Below are positions 16,001 to 31,000 of a DNA stretch of 64,000 nucleotides, one piece after another. This DNA is from Eledone cirrhosa. Lineage: Eukaryota. The stretch lies in NCBI GenBank assembly GCA_964016885.1, contig OZ024741.1:384772001-384836000 (forward strand), given 5' to 3'. Every line of letters starts with the position of its first letter. Position 1 is the stretch's first letter. The notes beneath the pieces are model-generated. The model saw only the letters and a list, made by a program, of their open reading frames with translations, did not search any database and was not told where the DNA came from. The position numbers and the translations under genes are program-made.

Positions 16001-19000
16001 CAGTGACCACAGTATCAATGTATTGTCCACTACACTGACAACAGTATCAATGTATTGTCCACTACACTGACCACAGTATCAATGTATTGACCACTACAGT
16101 GACCACAGTATCAATGTATTGTCCACTACACTGACCACAGTATCAATGTATTGTCCACTACACTGACCACAGTATCAATGTATTGTCCACTACACTGACC
16201 ACAGTATCAATGTATTGTCCACTGCAGAGACCACAGTATCAATGTATTGTCCACTACAGTGACCACAGTATCAATGTATTGTCCATTACACTGACCACAG
16301 TATCAATGTATTGTCCACTACACTGACCACAGTATCAATGTATTGTCCACTACACTAACCACAGTATCAATGTATTGACCACTACAGTGACCACAGTATC
16401 AATGTATTGTCCACTACACTGACCACAGTATCAATGTATTGTCCACTACACTGACCACAGTATCAATGTATTGTCCACTACAGTGACCACAGTATCAATG
16501 TATTGACCACTACAGTGACCACATTATCAATGTATTGTACACTACACTGACCACAGTATCAATGTATTGTCCACTACACTGACCACAGTATCAATGTATT
16601 GTCCACTACAGAGACCATAGTATCAATGTATTGACCACTACAGAGACCACAGTATCAATGTATTGTCCACTACAGTGACTACAGTATCAATGTATTGTCC
16701 ACTACACTGACCACAGTATCAATGTATTGTCCACTACACTGACCACAGTATCAATGTAATGTCCACTACACTGACCACAGTATCAATGTATTGACCACTA
16801 CACTGACCACAGTATCAATGTATTGTCCACTACACTGACCACGGTATCAATGTATTGACCACTACAGTGACCACAGTATCAATGTATTGTCCACTACAGT
16901 GACCACAGTATCAATGTATTGTCCACTACAGTGACCACAGTATCAATGTATTGTCCACTACAGTGACCACAGTATCAATGTATTGTCCACTACAGTGACC
17001 ACAGTATCAATGTATTGACCACTACAGTGACCACAGTATCAATGTATTGTCCACTACACTGACCACACTATCAATGTATTGACCACTACAGTGACCACAG
17101 TATCAATGTATTGTCCACTACAGTGACCACAGTATCAATGTATTGTCCACTACAGTGACCACAGTATCAATGTATTGTCCACTACACTGACCACAGTATC
17201 AATGTATTGACCACTACAGTGACCAAAGTATCAATGTATTGTCCACTACATTGACCACAGTATCAATGTATTGTCCATTACACTGACCACAGTATCAATG
17301 TATTGACTACTACAGTGACCACAGTATCAATGTATTGTCCACTACAGTGACCACAGTATCAATGTATTGTCCACTACAGTGACCACAGTATCAATGTATT
17401 GTCCATTACACTGACCACTGTATCAATGTATTTACCACTACAGTGACTACAGTATCAATGTATTGACCACTACAGTGACCACAGTATCAATGTATTGACC
17501 ACTACAGTGACCACAGTATCAATGTATTGTCCACTACAATGACCACAGTATCAATGTATTGTCCACTACACTGACCACAGTATCAATGTATTGTCCACTA
17601 CACTGACCACAGTATCAATGTATTGTCCACTACAGAGACCACAGTATCAATGTATTGTCCACTACAGTGACCACAGTATCAATGTATTGTCCATTACACT
17701 GACCACAGTATCAATGTATTGTCCACTACACTGACCACAGTATCAATGTATTGTCCACTACACTGACCACAGTATCAATGTATTGACCACTACAGTGACC
17801 ACAGTATCAATGTATTGTCCACTACACTGACCACAGTATCAATATATTGTCCACTACAGTGACCACAGTATCAATGTATTGACCACTACAGTGACCACAT
17901 TATCAATGTATTGTCCACTACACTGACCACAGTATCAATGTATTGTCCACTATACTGACCACAGTATCAATGTATTGTCCACTACAGAGACCATAGTATC
18001 AATGTATTGACCACTACAGAGACCACAGTATCAATGTATTGTCCACTACAATGACCACAGTATCAATGTATTGTTCACTACACTGACCACAGTATCAATG
18101 TATTGTCCACTACACTGACCACAGTATCAATGTATTGTCCACTACAGTGACCACAGTATCAATGTATTGTCCACTACAGTGACCACAGTATCAATGTATT
18201 GTCCACTACAGTGACCACAGTATGAATGTATTGTCCACTACACTGACCACAGTATCAATGTATTGACCACTACAGTGACCACAGTATCAATGTATTGTCC
18301 AGTACAGTGACCACAGTATCAATGTATTGTCCACTACAGTGACCACAGTATCAATGTATTGTCCACTACACTGACCACAGTATCAATGTATTGACCACTA
18401 CAGTGACCACAGTATCAATGTATTGTCCACTACACTGACCACAGTATCAATGTATTGTCCACTACACTGACCACAGTATCAATGTATTGTCCACTACAGT
18501 GACCACAGTATCAATGTATTGTCCATTACACTGACCACAGTTTCAATGTATTGACCACTACAGTGACCACAGTATCAATGTATTGTCCACTACAGTGACC
18601 ACAGTATCAATGTATTGTCCACTACAGTGACCACAGTATCAATGTATTGACCACTACAGTGACAAGAGTATGAATGTATTGTCCACTACACTGACCACAG
18701 TATCAATATATTGTCCACTACACTGACCACAGTATCAATATATTGTCCACTACAGTGAACACAGTATCAATGTATTGTCCACTACACTGACCACAGTATC
18801 AATGTATTGTCCACTACACTGACCACAGTATCAATGTATTGTCCACTACACTGACCACAGTATCAATGTAGTGTCCACTACAGAGACCACAGTATCAATG
18901 TATTGTCTACTACAGTGACCACAGTATCAATGTATTGTCCATTACACTGACCACAGTATCAATGTATTGTCCACTACACTGACCACAGTATCAATGTATT

Positions 19001-22000
19001 GTCCACTACACTGACCACAGTATCAATGTATTGACCACTACAGTGACCACAGTATCAATGTATTGTCCACTACACTGACCACAGTATCAATATATTGTCC
19101 ACTACAGTGACCACAGTATCAATGTATTGACCACTACAGTGACCACATTATCAATGTATTGTCCACTACACTGACCACAGTATCAATGTATTGTCCACTA
19201 CACTGACCACAGTATCAATGTATTGTCCACTACAGAGACCATAGTATCAATGTATTGACCACTACAGAGACCACAGTATCAATGTATTGTCCACTACAAT
19301 GACCACAGTATCAATGTATTGTTCACTACACTGACCACAGTATCAATGTATTGTCCACTACACTGACCACAGTATCAATGTATTGTCCACTACAGTGACC
19401 ACAGTATCAATGTATTGTCCACTACAGTGACCACAGTATCAATGTATTGTCCACTACAGTGACCACAGTATCAATGTATTGTCCACTACACTGACCACAG
19501 TATCAATGTATTGACCACTACAGTGACCACAGTATCAATGTATTGTCCAGTACAGTGACCACAGTATCAATGTATTGTCCACTACAGTGACCACAGTATC
19601 AATGTATTGTCCACTACACTGACCACAGTATCAATGTATTGACCACTACAGTGACCACAGTATCAATGTATTGTCCACTACACTGATCACAGTATCAATG
19701 TATTGTCCACTACACTGCCCACAGTATCAATGTATTGTCCACTACAGTGACCACAGTATCAATGTATTGTCCACTACACTGACCACAGTATCAATGTATT
19801 GTCCACTACAGTGACCACAGTATCAATATATTGTCCACTACACTGACCACAGTATCAATGTATTGACCACTACACTGACCACAGTATCAATGTATTGTCC
19901 ACTACACTGACCACAGTATCAATGTATTGTCCACTACACTGACCACAGTATCAATGTATTGTCCACTACAGTGACCACAGTATCAATGTATTGTCCAGTA
20001 CACTGACCACAGTATCAATGTATTGTCCACTACACTGACCACAGTATCAATGTATTGTCCACTACACTGACCACAGTATCAATGTATTGACCACTACAGT
20101 GACCACAGTATCAATGTATTGTCCACTACAGTGACCACAGTATCAATGTATTGTCCACTACAGTGACCACAGTATCAATGTATTGTCCACTACACTGACC
20201 ACAGTATCAATGTATTGACCACTACACTGACCACAGTATCTATGTATTGTCCACTACAGTGACCACAGTATCAATGTATTGTCCACTACAGTGACCACAG
20301 TATCAATGTATTGTCCACTACAGTGACCACAGTATCAATGTATTGTCCACTACAGTGACCACAGTATCAATGTATTGTCCACTACAGTGACCACAGTATC
20401 AATGTATTGTCCACTACAGTGACCACAGTATCAATGTATTGTCCATTACACTGACCACAGTATCAATGTATTGACCACTACAGTGACCACAGTATCAATG
20501 TATTGTCCACTACACTGACCACAGTATCAATGTATTGTCCACTACAGTGACTACAGTATCAATGTATTGTCCATTACACTGACCACTGTATCAATGTATT
20601 GACCACTACAGTGACTACAGTATCAATGTATTGACCACTACAGTGACCACAGTATCAATGTATTGACCACTACAGTGACCACAGTATCAATGTATTGTCC
20701 ACTACACTGACAACAGTATCAATGTATTGTCCACTACAGTGACCACAGTATCAATGTATTGACCACTACAGTGACCACAGTATCAATGTATTGTCCACTA
20801 CACTGACCACAGTATCAATGTATTGTCCACTACACTGACCACAGCATCAATGTATTGTCCACTACACTGACCACAGTATCAATGTATTGTCCACTGCAGA
20901 GACCACAGTATCAATGTATTGTCCACTACAGTGACCACAGTATCAATGTATTGTCCATTACACTGACCACAGTATCAATGTATTGTCCACTACACTGACC
21001 ACAGTATCAATGTATTGTCCACTACACTAACCACAGTATCAATGTATTGACCACTACAGTGACCACAGTATCAATGTATTGTCCACTACACTGACCACAG
21101 TATCAATGTATTGTCCACTACACTGACCACAGTATCAATGTATTGTCCACTACAGTGACCACAGTATCAATATATTGACCACTACAGTGACCACATTATC
21201 AATGTATTGTACACTACACTGACCACAGTATCAATGTATTGTCCACTACACTGACCACAGTATCAATGTATTGTCCACTACAGAGACTATAGTATCAATG
21301 TATTGACCACTACAGAGACCACAGTATCAATGTATTGTCCACTACAGTGACCACAGTATCAATGTATTGTCCACTACACTGACCACAGTATCAATGTATT
21401 GTCCACTACAGTGACCACAGTATCAATGTATTGTCCACTACAGTGACCACAGTATCAATGTATTGTCCACTACAGTGACCACAGTATCAATGTATTGTCC
21501 ACTACACTGACCACAGTATCAATGTATTGACCACTACAGTGACCACAGTATCAATGTATTGTCAAGTACAGTGACCACAGTATCAATGTATTGTCCACTA
21601 CAGTGACCACAGTATCAATGTATTGTCCACTACACTGACCACAGTATCAATGTATTGACCACTACAGTGACCACAGTATCAATGTATTGTCCACTACACT
21701 GACCACAGTATGAATGTATTGTCCACTACACTGACCACAGTATCAATGTATTGTCCACTACAGTGACCACAGTATCAATGTATTGTCCATTACATTGACC
21801 ACAGTTTCAATGTATTGACCACTACAGTGACCACAGTATCAATGTATTGTCCACTACAGTGACCACAGTATCAATGTATTGTCCACTACAGTGACCACAG
21901 TATCAATGTATTGACCACTACACTGACTACAGTATCAATGTATTGTCCACTACACTGACCACAGTATCAATATATTGACCACTACAGTGACCACAGTATC

Positions 22001-22691
22001 AATATATTGACCACAACACTGACCACAGTATATATGTATTGACCACTACACTGATCACAGTATCAATGTATTGTCCACTACACTGACCACAGTATCAATG
22101 TATTGTCCAATACACTGACCACAGTATCAATATATTGTCCACTACAGTGACAAGAGTATCAATGTATTGTCCACTACACTGACCACAGTATCAATATATT
22201 GTCCACTACACTGACCACAGTATCAATATATTGTCCACTACAGTGAACACAGTATCAATGTATTGTCCACTACACTGACCACAGTATCAATATATTGTCC
22301 ACTACACTGACCACAGTATCAATATATTATCCACTACAGTGACCAGAGTATCAATGTATTGTCCACTACACTGACCACAGTATCAATGTATTGTCCACTA
22401 CACTGCCCACAGTATCAATGTATTGTCCACTACAGTGACCACAGTATCAATGTATTGTCCACTACACTGACCAGAGTATCAATGTATTGTCCACTACAGT
22501 GACCACAGTATCAATGTATTGTCCACTACACTGACCACAGTATCAATGTATTGACCACTACAGTGACCACAGTACCAATGTATTGTCCACTACAGTGACC
22601 ACAGTATCAATGTATTGTCCACTACACTGACCATAGTATCAATGTATTGTCCACTACAGTGACCACAGTATCAATGTATTGTCCACTACAC

Positions 22692-22738
22692 TACATTGAT
22701 ACTCTGGTCACTGTAGTGGACAATACATTGATACTGTG
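22692..22738 (-). repeat. 47-bp inverted satellite fragment, copy 1
   Basis: tacattgatactctggtcactgtagtggacaatacattgatactgtg is the reverse complement of about 1.5 monomers; it is followed by tccactacggtccattac. Confidence 0.97.
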
Positions 22739-25700
22739 TCCACTACGGTCCATTACACTGACCACTGTATCAATGTATTGACCACTACAGTGACTACAGT
22801 ATCAATGTATTGACCACTACAGTGACCACAGTATCAATGTATTGTCCACTACACTGACCACAGTATCAATGTATTGTCCACTACAGTGACCACAGTATCA
22901 ATGTATTGTCCACTACAGTGACCACAGTATCAATGTATTGACCACTACAGTGACCACAGTATCAATGTATTGTCCACTACACTGACCACAGTATCAATGT
23001 ATTGTCCACTACAGTGACCACAGTATCAATGTATTGTCCACTACAGTGACCACAGTATCAATGTATTGACCACTACAGTGACCACATTATCAATGTATTG
23101 TCCACTACACTGACCACAGTATCAATGTATTGTCCACTACACTGACTACAGTATCAATGTATTGTCCACTACAGAGACCATAGTATCAATGTATTGACCA
23201 CTACAGAGACCACAGTATCAATGTATTGTCCACTACAGTGACCACAGTATCAATGTATTGTCCATTACACTGACCACAGTATCAATGTATTGACCACTAC
23301 AGTGACCACAGTATCAATGTATTGTCCACTACAGTGACCACAGTATCAATGTATTGTCCACTACACTGACCACAGTATCAATATATTCTCCACTATAGTG
23401 ACCACAGTATCAATGTATTGTCCACTACACTGACCACATTATCAATGTATTGTCCACTACAGTGACCACAGTATCAATGTATTGTCCACTACACTGACCA
23501 CAGTATCTATATATTGACCACTACAGTGACCACAGTATCAATGTATTGACCACTACAGTGACCACAGTATCAATATATTGTCCACTACACTGACCACAGT
23601 ATCAATGTATTGTCCACTACACTGACCACAGTATCAATGTATTGTCCACTACACTGACCACAGTATCAATATATTGTCCACTACACTGACCACAGTATCA
23701 ATGTATTGTCCACTACACTGACCACAGTATCAATGTATTGTCCACTACACTGACCACAGTATCATTATATTGTCCACTACACTGACCACAGTATCAATGT
23801 ATTGTCCACTACAGAGACCACAGTATCAATGTATTGTCCACTACAGTGACCACAGTATCAATGTATTGTCCACTACAGTGACCACAGTATTAATATATTG
23901 TCCACTACACTGACCACAGTATCAATGTATTGTCCACTACACTGACCACAGTATCAATGTATTGTCCACTACAGTGACCACAGTATCAATGTATTGACCA
24001 CTACATTGACCACAGTATCAATATATTGTCCACAACACTGACCACAGTATCAATGTATTGTCCACTACAGAGACCACAGTATCAATGTATTGTCCACTAC
24101 ACTGACCACAGTATCAATGTATTGTCCACTACAGTGACCACAGTATCAATGTATTGACCACTACAGTGACCACAGTATCAATATATTGTCCACTACACTG
24201 ACCACAGTATCAATGTATTGTCCACTACAGAGACCACAGTATCAATGTATTGTCCACTACAGTGACCACTGTATCAATGTATTGTCCACTACAGTGACCA
24301 GAGTATCAATGTATTGTCCACTACACTGACCACAGTATCAATGTATTGTCCACTACACTGACCATAGTATCAATGTATTGTCCACTACAGTGACCACAGT
24401 ATCAATGTATTGTCCACTACAGTGACCACAATATCAATGTATTGTCCACTACACTGACCATAGTATCAATGTATTGTCCACTACAGTGACCACAGTATCA
24501 ATGTATTGTCCACTACATTGACCACAGTATCAATGTATTGTCCACTACACTGCCCACAGTATCAATGTATTGTCCACTACAGTGACCACAGTATCAATGT
24601 ATTGTCCACTACACTGACCACAGTATCAATGTATTGACCACTACAGTGACCACAGTATCAATATATTGTCCACTACACTGACCACAGTATCAATGTATTG
24701 ACCACTACACTGACCACAGTATCAATGTATTGTCCACTACACTGACCACAGTATCAATGTATTGTCCACTACACTGACCACAGTATCAATGTATTGTCCA
24801 CTGCAGTGACCACAATATCAATGTATTGTCCACTACACTGACCAGAGTATCAATGTATTGTCCACTACACTGACCACAGTATCAATGTATTGTCCACTGC
24901 AGAGACCACAGTATCAATGTATTGTCCACTACACTGACCACAGTATCAATGTATTGACCACTACAGTGACCACAGTATCAATGTATTGTCCACTACACTG
25001 ATCACAGTATCAATGTATTGTCCACTACACTGCCCACAGTATCAATGTATTGTCCACTACAGTGACCACAGTATCAATGTATTGTCCACTACACTGACCA
25101 CAGTATCAATGTATTGTCCACTACAGTGACCACAGTATCAATATATTGTCCACTACACTGACCACAGTATCAATGTATTGACCACTACACTGACCACAGT
25201 ATCAATGTATTGTCCACTACACTGACCACAGTATCAATGTATTGTCCACTACACTGACCACAGTATCAATGTATTGTCCACTACAGTGACCACAGTATCA
25301 ATGTATTGTCCAGTACACTGACCACAGTATCAATGTATTGTCCACTACACTGACCACAGTATCAATGTATTGTCCACTACACTGACCACAGTATCAATGT
25401 ATTGACCACTACAGTGACCACAGTATCAATGTATTGTCCACTACAGTGACCACAGTATCAATGTATTGTCCACTACAGTGACCACAGTATCAATGTATTG
25501 TCCACTACACTGACCACAGTATCAATGTATTGACCACTACACTGACCACAGTATCTATGTATTGTCCACTACAGTGACCACAGTATCAATGTATTGTCCA
25601 CTACAGTGACCACAGTATCAATGTATTGTCCACTACAGTGACCACAGTATCAATGTATTGTCCACTACAGTGACCACAGTATCAATGTATTGTCCACTAC

Positions 25701-28006
25701 AGTGACCACAGTATCAATGTATTGTCCACTACAGTGACCACAGTATCAATGTATTGTCCATTACACTGACCACAGTATCAATGTATTGACCACTACAGTG
25801 ACCACAGTATCAATGTATTGTCCACTACACTGACCACAGTATCAATGTATTGTCCACTACAGTGACTACAGTATCAATGTATTGTCCATTACACTGACCA
25901 CTGTATCAATGTATTGACCACTACAGTGACTACAGTATCAATGTATTGACCACTACAGTGACCACAGTATCAATGTATTGACCACTACAGTGACCACAGT
26001 ATCAATGTATTGTCCACTACACTGACAACAGTATCAATGTATTGTCCACTACAGTGACCACAGTATCAATGTATTGACCACTACAGTGACCACAGTATCA
26101 ATGTATTGTCCACTACACTGACCACAGTATCAATGTATTGTCCACTACACTGACCACAGCATCAATGTATTGTCCACTACACTGACCACAGTATCAATGT
26201 ATTGTCCACTGCAGAGACCACAGTATCAATGTATTGTCCACTACAGTGACCACAGTATCAATGTATTGTCCATTACACTGACCACAGTATCAATGTATTG
26301 TCCACTACACTGACCACAGTATCAATGTATTGTCCACTACACTAACCACAGTATCAATGTATTGACCACTACAGTGACCACAGTATCAATGTATTGTCCA
26401 CTACACTGACCACAGTATCAATGTATTGTCCACTACACTGACCACAGTATCAATGTATTGTCCACTACAGTGACCACAGTATCAATATATTGACCACTAC
26501 AGTGACCACATTATCAATGTATTGTACACTACACTGACCACAGTATCAATGTATTGTCCACTACACTGACCACAGTATCAATGTATTGTCCACTACAGAG
26601 ACTATAGTATCAATGTATTGACCACTACAGAGACCACAGTATCAATGTATTGTCCACTACAGTGACCACAGTATCAATGTATTGTCCACTACACTGACCA
26701 CAGTATCAATGTATTGTCCACTACAGTGACCACAGTATCAATGTATTGTCCACTACAGTGACCACAGTATCAATGTATTGTCCACTACAGTGACCACAGT
26801 ATCAATGTATTGTCCACTACACTGACCACAGTATCAATGTATTGACCACTACAGTGACCACAGTATCAATGTATTGTCAAGTACAGTGACCACAGTATCA
26901 ATGTATTGTCCACTACAGTGACCACAGTATCAATGTATTGTCCACTACACTGACCACAGTATCAATGTATTGACCACTACAGTGACCACAGTATCAATGT
27001 ATTGTCCACTACACTGACCACAGTATGAATGTATTGTCCACTACACTGACCACAGTATCAATGTATTGTCCACTACAGTGACCACAGTATCAATGTATTG
27101 TCCATTACATTGACCACAGTTTCAATGTATTGACCACTACAGTGACCACAGTATCAATGTATTGTCCACTACAGTGACCACAGTATCAATGTATTGTCCA
27201 CTACAGTGACCACAGTATCAATGTATTGACCACTACACTGACTACAGTATCAATGTATTGTCCACTACACTGACCACAGTATCAATATATTGACCACTAC
27301 AGTGACCACAGTATCAATATATTGACCACAACACTGACCACAGTATATATGTATTGACCACTACACTGATCACAGTATCAATGTATTGTCCACTACACTG
27401 ACCACAGTATCAATGTATTGTCCAATACACTGACCACAGTATCAATATATTGTCCACTACAGTGACAAGAGTATCAATGTATTGTCCACTACACTGACCA
27501 CAGTATCAATATATTGTCCACTACACTGACCACAGTATCAATATATTGTCCACTACAGTGAACACAGTATCAATGTATTGTCCACTACACTGACCACAGT
27601 ATCAATATATTGTCCACTACACTGACCACAGTATCAATATATTATCCACTACAGTGACCAGAGTATCAATGTATTGTCCACTACACTGACCACAGTATCA
27701 ATGTATTGTCCACTACACTGCCCACAGTATCAATGTATTGTCCACTACAGTGACCACAGTATCAATGTATTGTCCACTACACTGACCAGAGTATCAATGT
27801 ATTGTCCACTACAGTGACCACAGTATCAATGTATTGTCCACTACACTGACCACAGTATCAATGTATTGACCACTACAGTGACCACAGTACCAATGTATTG
27901 TCCACTACAGTGACCACAGTATCAATGTATTGTCCACTACACTGACCATAGTATCAATGTATTGTCCACTACAGTGACCACAGTATCAATGTATTGTCCA
28001 CTACAC

Positions 28007-28053
28007 TACATTGATACTCTGGTCACTGTAGTGGACAATACATTGATACTGTG
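28007..28053 (-). repeat. 47-bp inverted satellite fragment, copy 2
   Basis: Same sequence and junctions as copy 1. Confidence 0.97.
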
Positions 28054-31000
28054 TCCACTACGGTCCATTACACTGACCACTGTATCAATGTATTGACCAC
28101 TACAGTGACTACAGTATCAATGTATTGACCACTACAGTGACCACAGTATCAATGTATTGTCCACTACACTGACCACAGTATCAATGTATTGTCCACTACA
28201 GTGACCACAGTATCAATGTATTGTCCACTACAGTGACCACAGTATCAATGTATTGACCACTACAGTGACCACAGTATCAATGTATTGTCCACTACACTGA
28301 CCACAGTATCAATGTATTGTCCACTACAGTGACCACAGTATCAATGTATTGTCCACTACAGTGACCACAGTATCAATGTATTGACCACTACAGTGACCAC
28401 ATTATCAATGTATTGTCCACTACACTGACCACAGTATCAATGTATTGTCCACTACACTGACTACAGTATCAATGTATTGTCCACTACAGAGACCATAGTA
28501 TCAATGTATTGACCACTACAGAGACCACAGTATCAATGTATTGTCCACTACAGTGACCACAGTATCAATGTATTGTCCATTACACTGACCACAGTATCAA
28601 TGTATTGACCACTACAGTGACCACAGTATCAATGTATTGTCCACTACAGTGACCACAGTATCAATGTATTGTCCACTACACTGACCACAGTATCAATATA
28701 TTCTCCACTATAGTGACCACAGTATCAATGTATTGTCCACTACACTGACCACATTATCAATGTATTGTCCACTACAGTGACCACAGTATCAATGTATTGT
28801 CCACTACACTGACCACAGTATCTATATATTGACCACTACAGTGACCACAGTATCAATGTATTGACCACTACAGTGACCACAGTATCAATATATTGTCCAC
28901 TACACTGACCACAGTATCAATGTATTGTCCACTACACTGACCACAGTATCAATGTATTGTCCACTACACTGACCACAGTATCAATATATTGTCCACTACA
29001 CTGACCACAGTATCAATGTATTGTCCACTACACTGACCACAGTATCAATGTATTGTCCACTACACTGACCACAGTATCATTATATTGTCCACTACACTGA
29101 CCACAGTATCAATGTATTGTCCACTACAGAGACCACAGTATCAATGTATTGTCCACTACAGTGACCACAGTATCAATGTATTGTCCACTACAGTGACCAC
29201 AGTATTAATATATTGTCCACTACACTGACCACAGTATCAATGTATTGTCCACTACACTGACCACAGTATCAATGTATTGTCCACTACAGTGACCACAGTA
29301 TCAATGTATTGACCACTACATTGACCACAGTATCAATATATTGTCCACAACACTGACCACAGTATCAATGTATTGTCCACTACAGAGACCACAGTATCAA
29401 TGTATTGTCCACTACACTGACCACAGTATCAATGTATTGTCCACTACAGTGACCACAGTATCAATGTATTGACCACTACAGTGACCACAGTATCAATATA
29501 TTGTCCACTACACTGACCACAGTATCAATGTATTGTCCACTACAGAGACCACAGTATCAATGTATTGTCCACTACAGTGACCACTGTATCAATGTATTGT
29601 CCACTACAGTGACCAGAGTATCAATGTATTGTCCACTACACTGACCACAGTATCAATGTATTGTCCACTACACTGACCATAGTATCAATGTATTGTCCAC
29701 TACAGTGACCACAGTATCAATGTATTGTCCACTACAGTGACCACAATATCAATGTATTGTCCACTACACTGACCATAGTATCAATGTATTGTCCACTACA
29801 GTGACCACAGTATCAATGTATTGTCCACTACATTGACCACAGTATCAATGTATTGTCCACTACACTGCCCACAGTATCAATGTATTGTCCACTACAGTGA
29901 CCACAGTATCAATGTATTGTCCACTACACTGACCACAGTATCAATGTATTGACCACTACAGTGACCACAGTATCAATATATTGTCCACTACACTGACCAC
30001 AGTATCAATGTATTGACCACTACACTGACCACAGTATCAATGTATTGTCCACTACACTGACCACAGTATCAATGTATTGTCCACTACACTGACCACAGTA
30101 TCAATGTATTGTCCACTGCAGTGACCACAATATCAATGTATTGTCCACTACACTGACCAGAGTATCAATGTATTGTCCACTACACTGACCACAGTATCAA
30201 TGTATTGTCCACTGCAGAGACCACAGTATCAATGTATTGTCCACTACACTGACCAGAGTATCAATGTATTGTCCACTACAGTGACCACAGTATCAATGTA
30301 TTGTCAACTACACTGACCACAATATCAATGTATTGTCCACTACACTGACCACAGTATCAATATATTGTCCACTACAGTGACAAGAGTATCAATGTATTGT
30401 CCACTACACTGACCACAGTATCAATATATTGTCCACTACACTGACCACAGTATCAATATATTGTCCACTACAGTGACCACAGTATCAATGTCTTGTCCAC
30501 TACACTGACCACAGTATCAATATATTGTCCACTACACTGACCACAGTATCAATATATTATCCACTACAGTGACCAGAGTATCAATGTATTGTCCACTACA
30601 CTGACCACAGTATCAATGTATTGTCCACTACACTGACCATAGTATCAATGTATTGTCCACTACAGTGTCCACAGTATCAATGTATTGTCCACTACACTGA
30701 CCACAGTATCAATATATTGTCCACTACACTGACCACAGTATCAATATATTGTCCACTACAGTGACCAGAGTATCAATGTATTGTCCACTACACTGACCAC
30801 AGTATCAATGTATTGTCCACTACACTGACCATAGTATCAATGTATTGTCCACTACAGTGACCACAGTATCAATGTATTGTCCACTACAGTGACCACAGTA
30901 TCAATGTATTGTCCACTACACTGACCATAGTTTCAATGTATTGTCCACTACAGTGACCACAGTATCAATGTATTGTCCACTACACTGACCACAGTATCAA

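Larger units (their letters stand above)
19590..30255. repeat. Near-perfect tandem duplication of a 5315-bp block of satellite
   Basis: Markers recur at offset 5315: cactgatcac at 19681/24996 and the inversion at 22692/28007. Variants gcatcaat, gtcaagtac and ttctccactatag occur in the same order in both copies. Confidence 0.9.
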
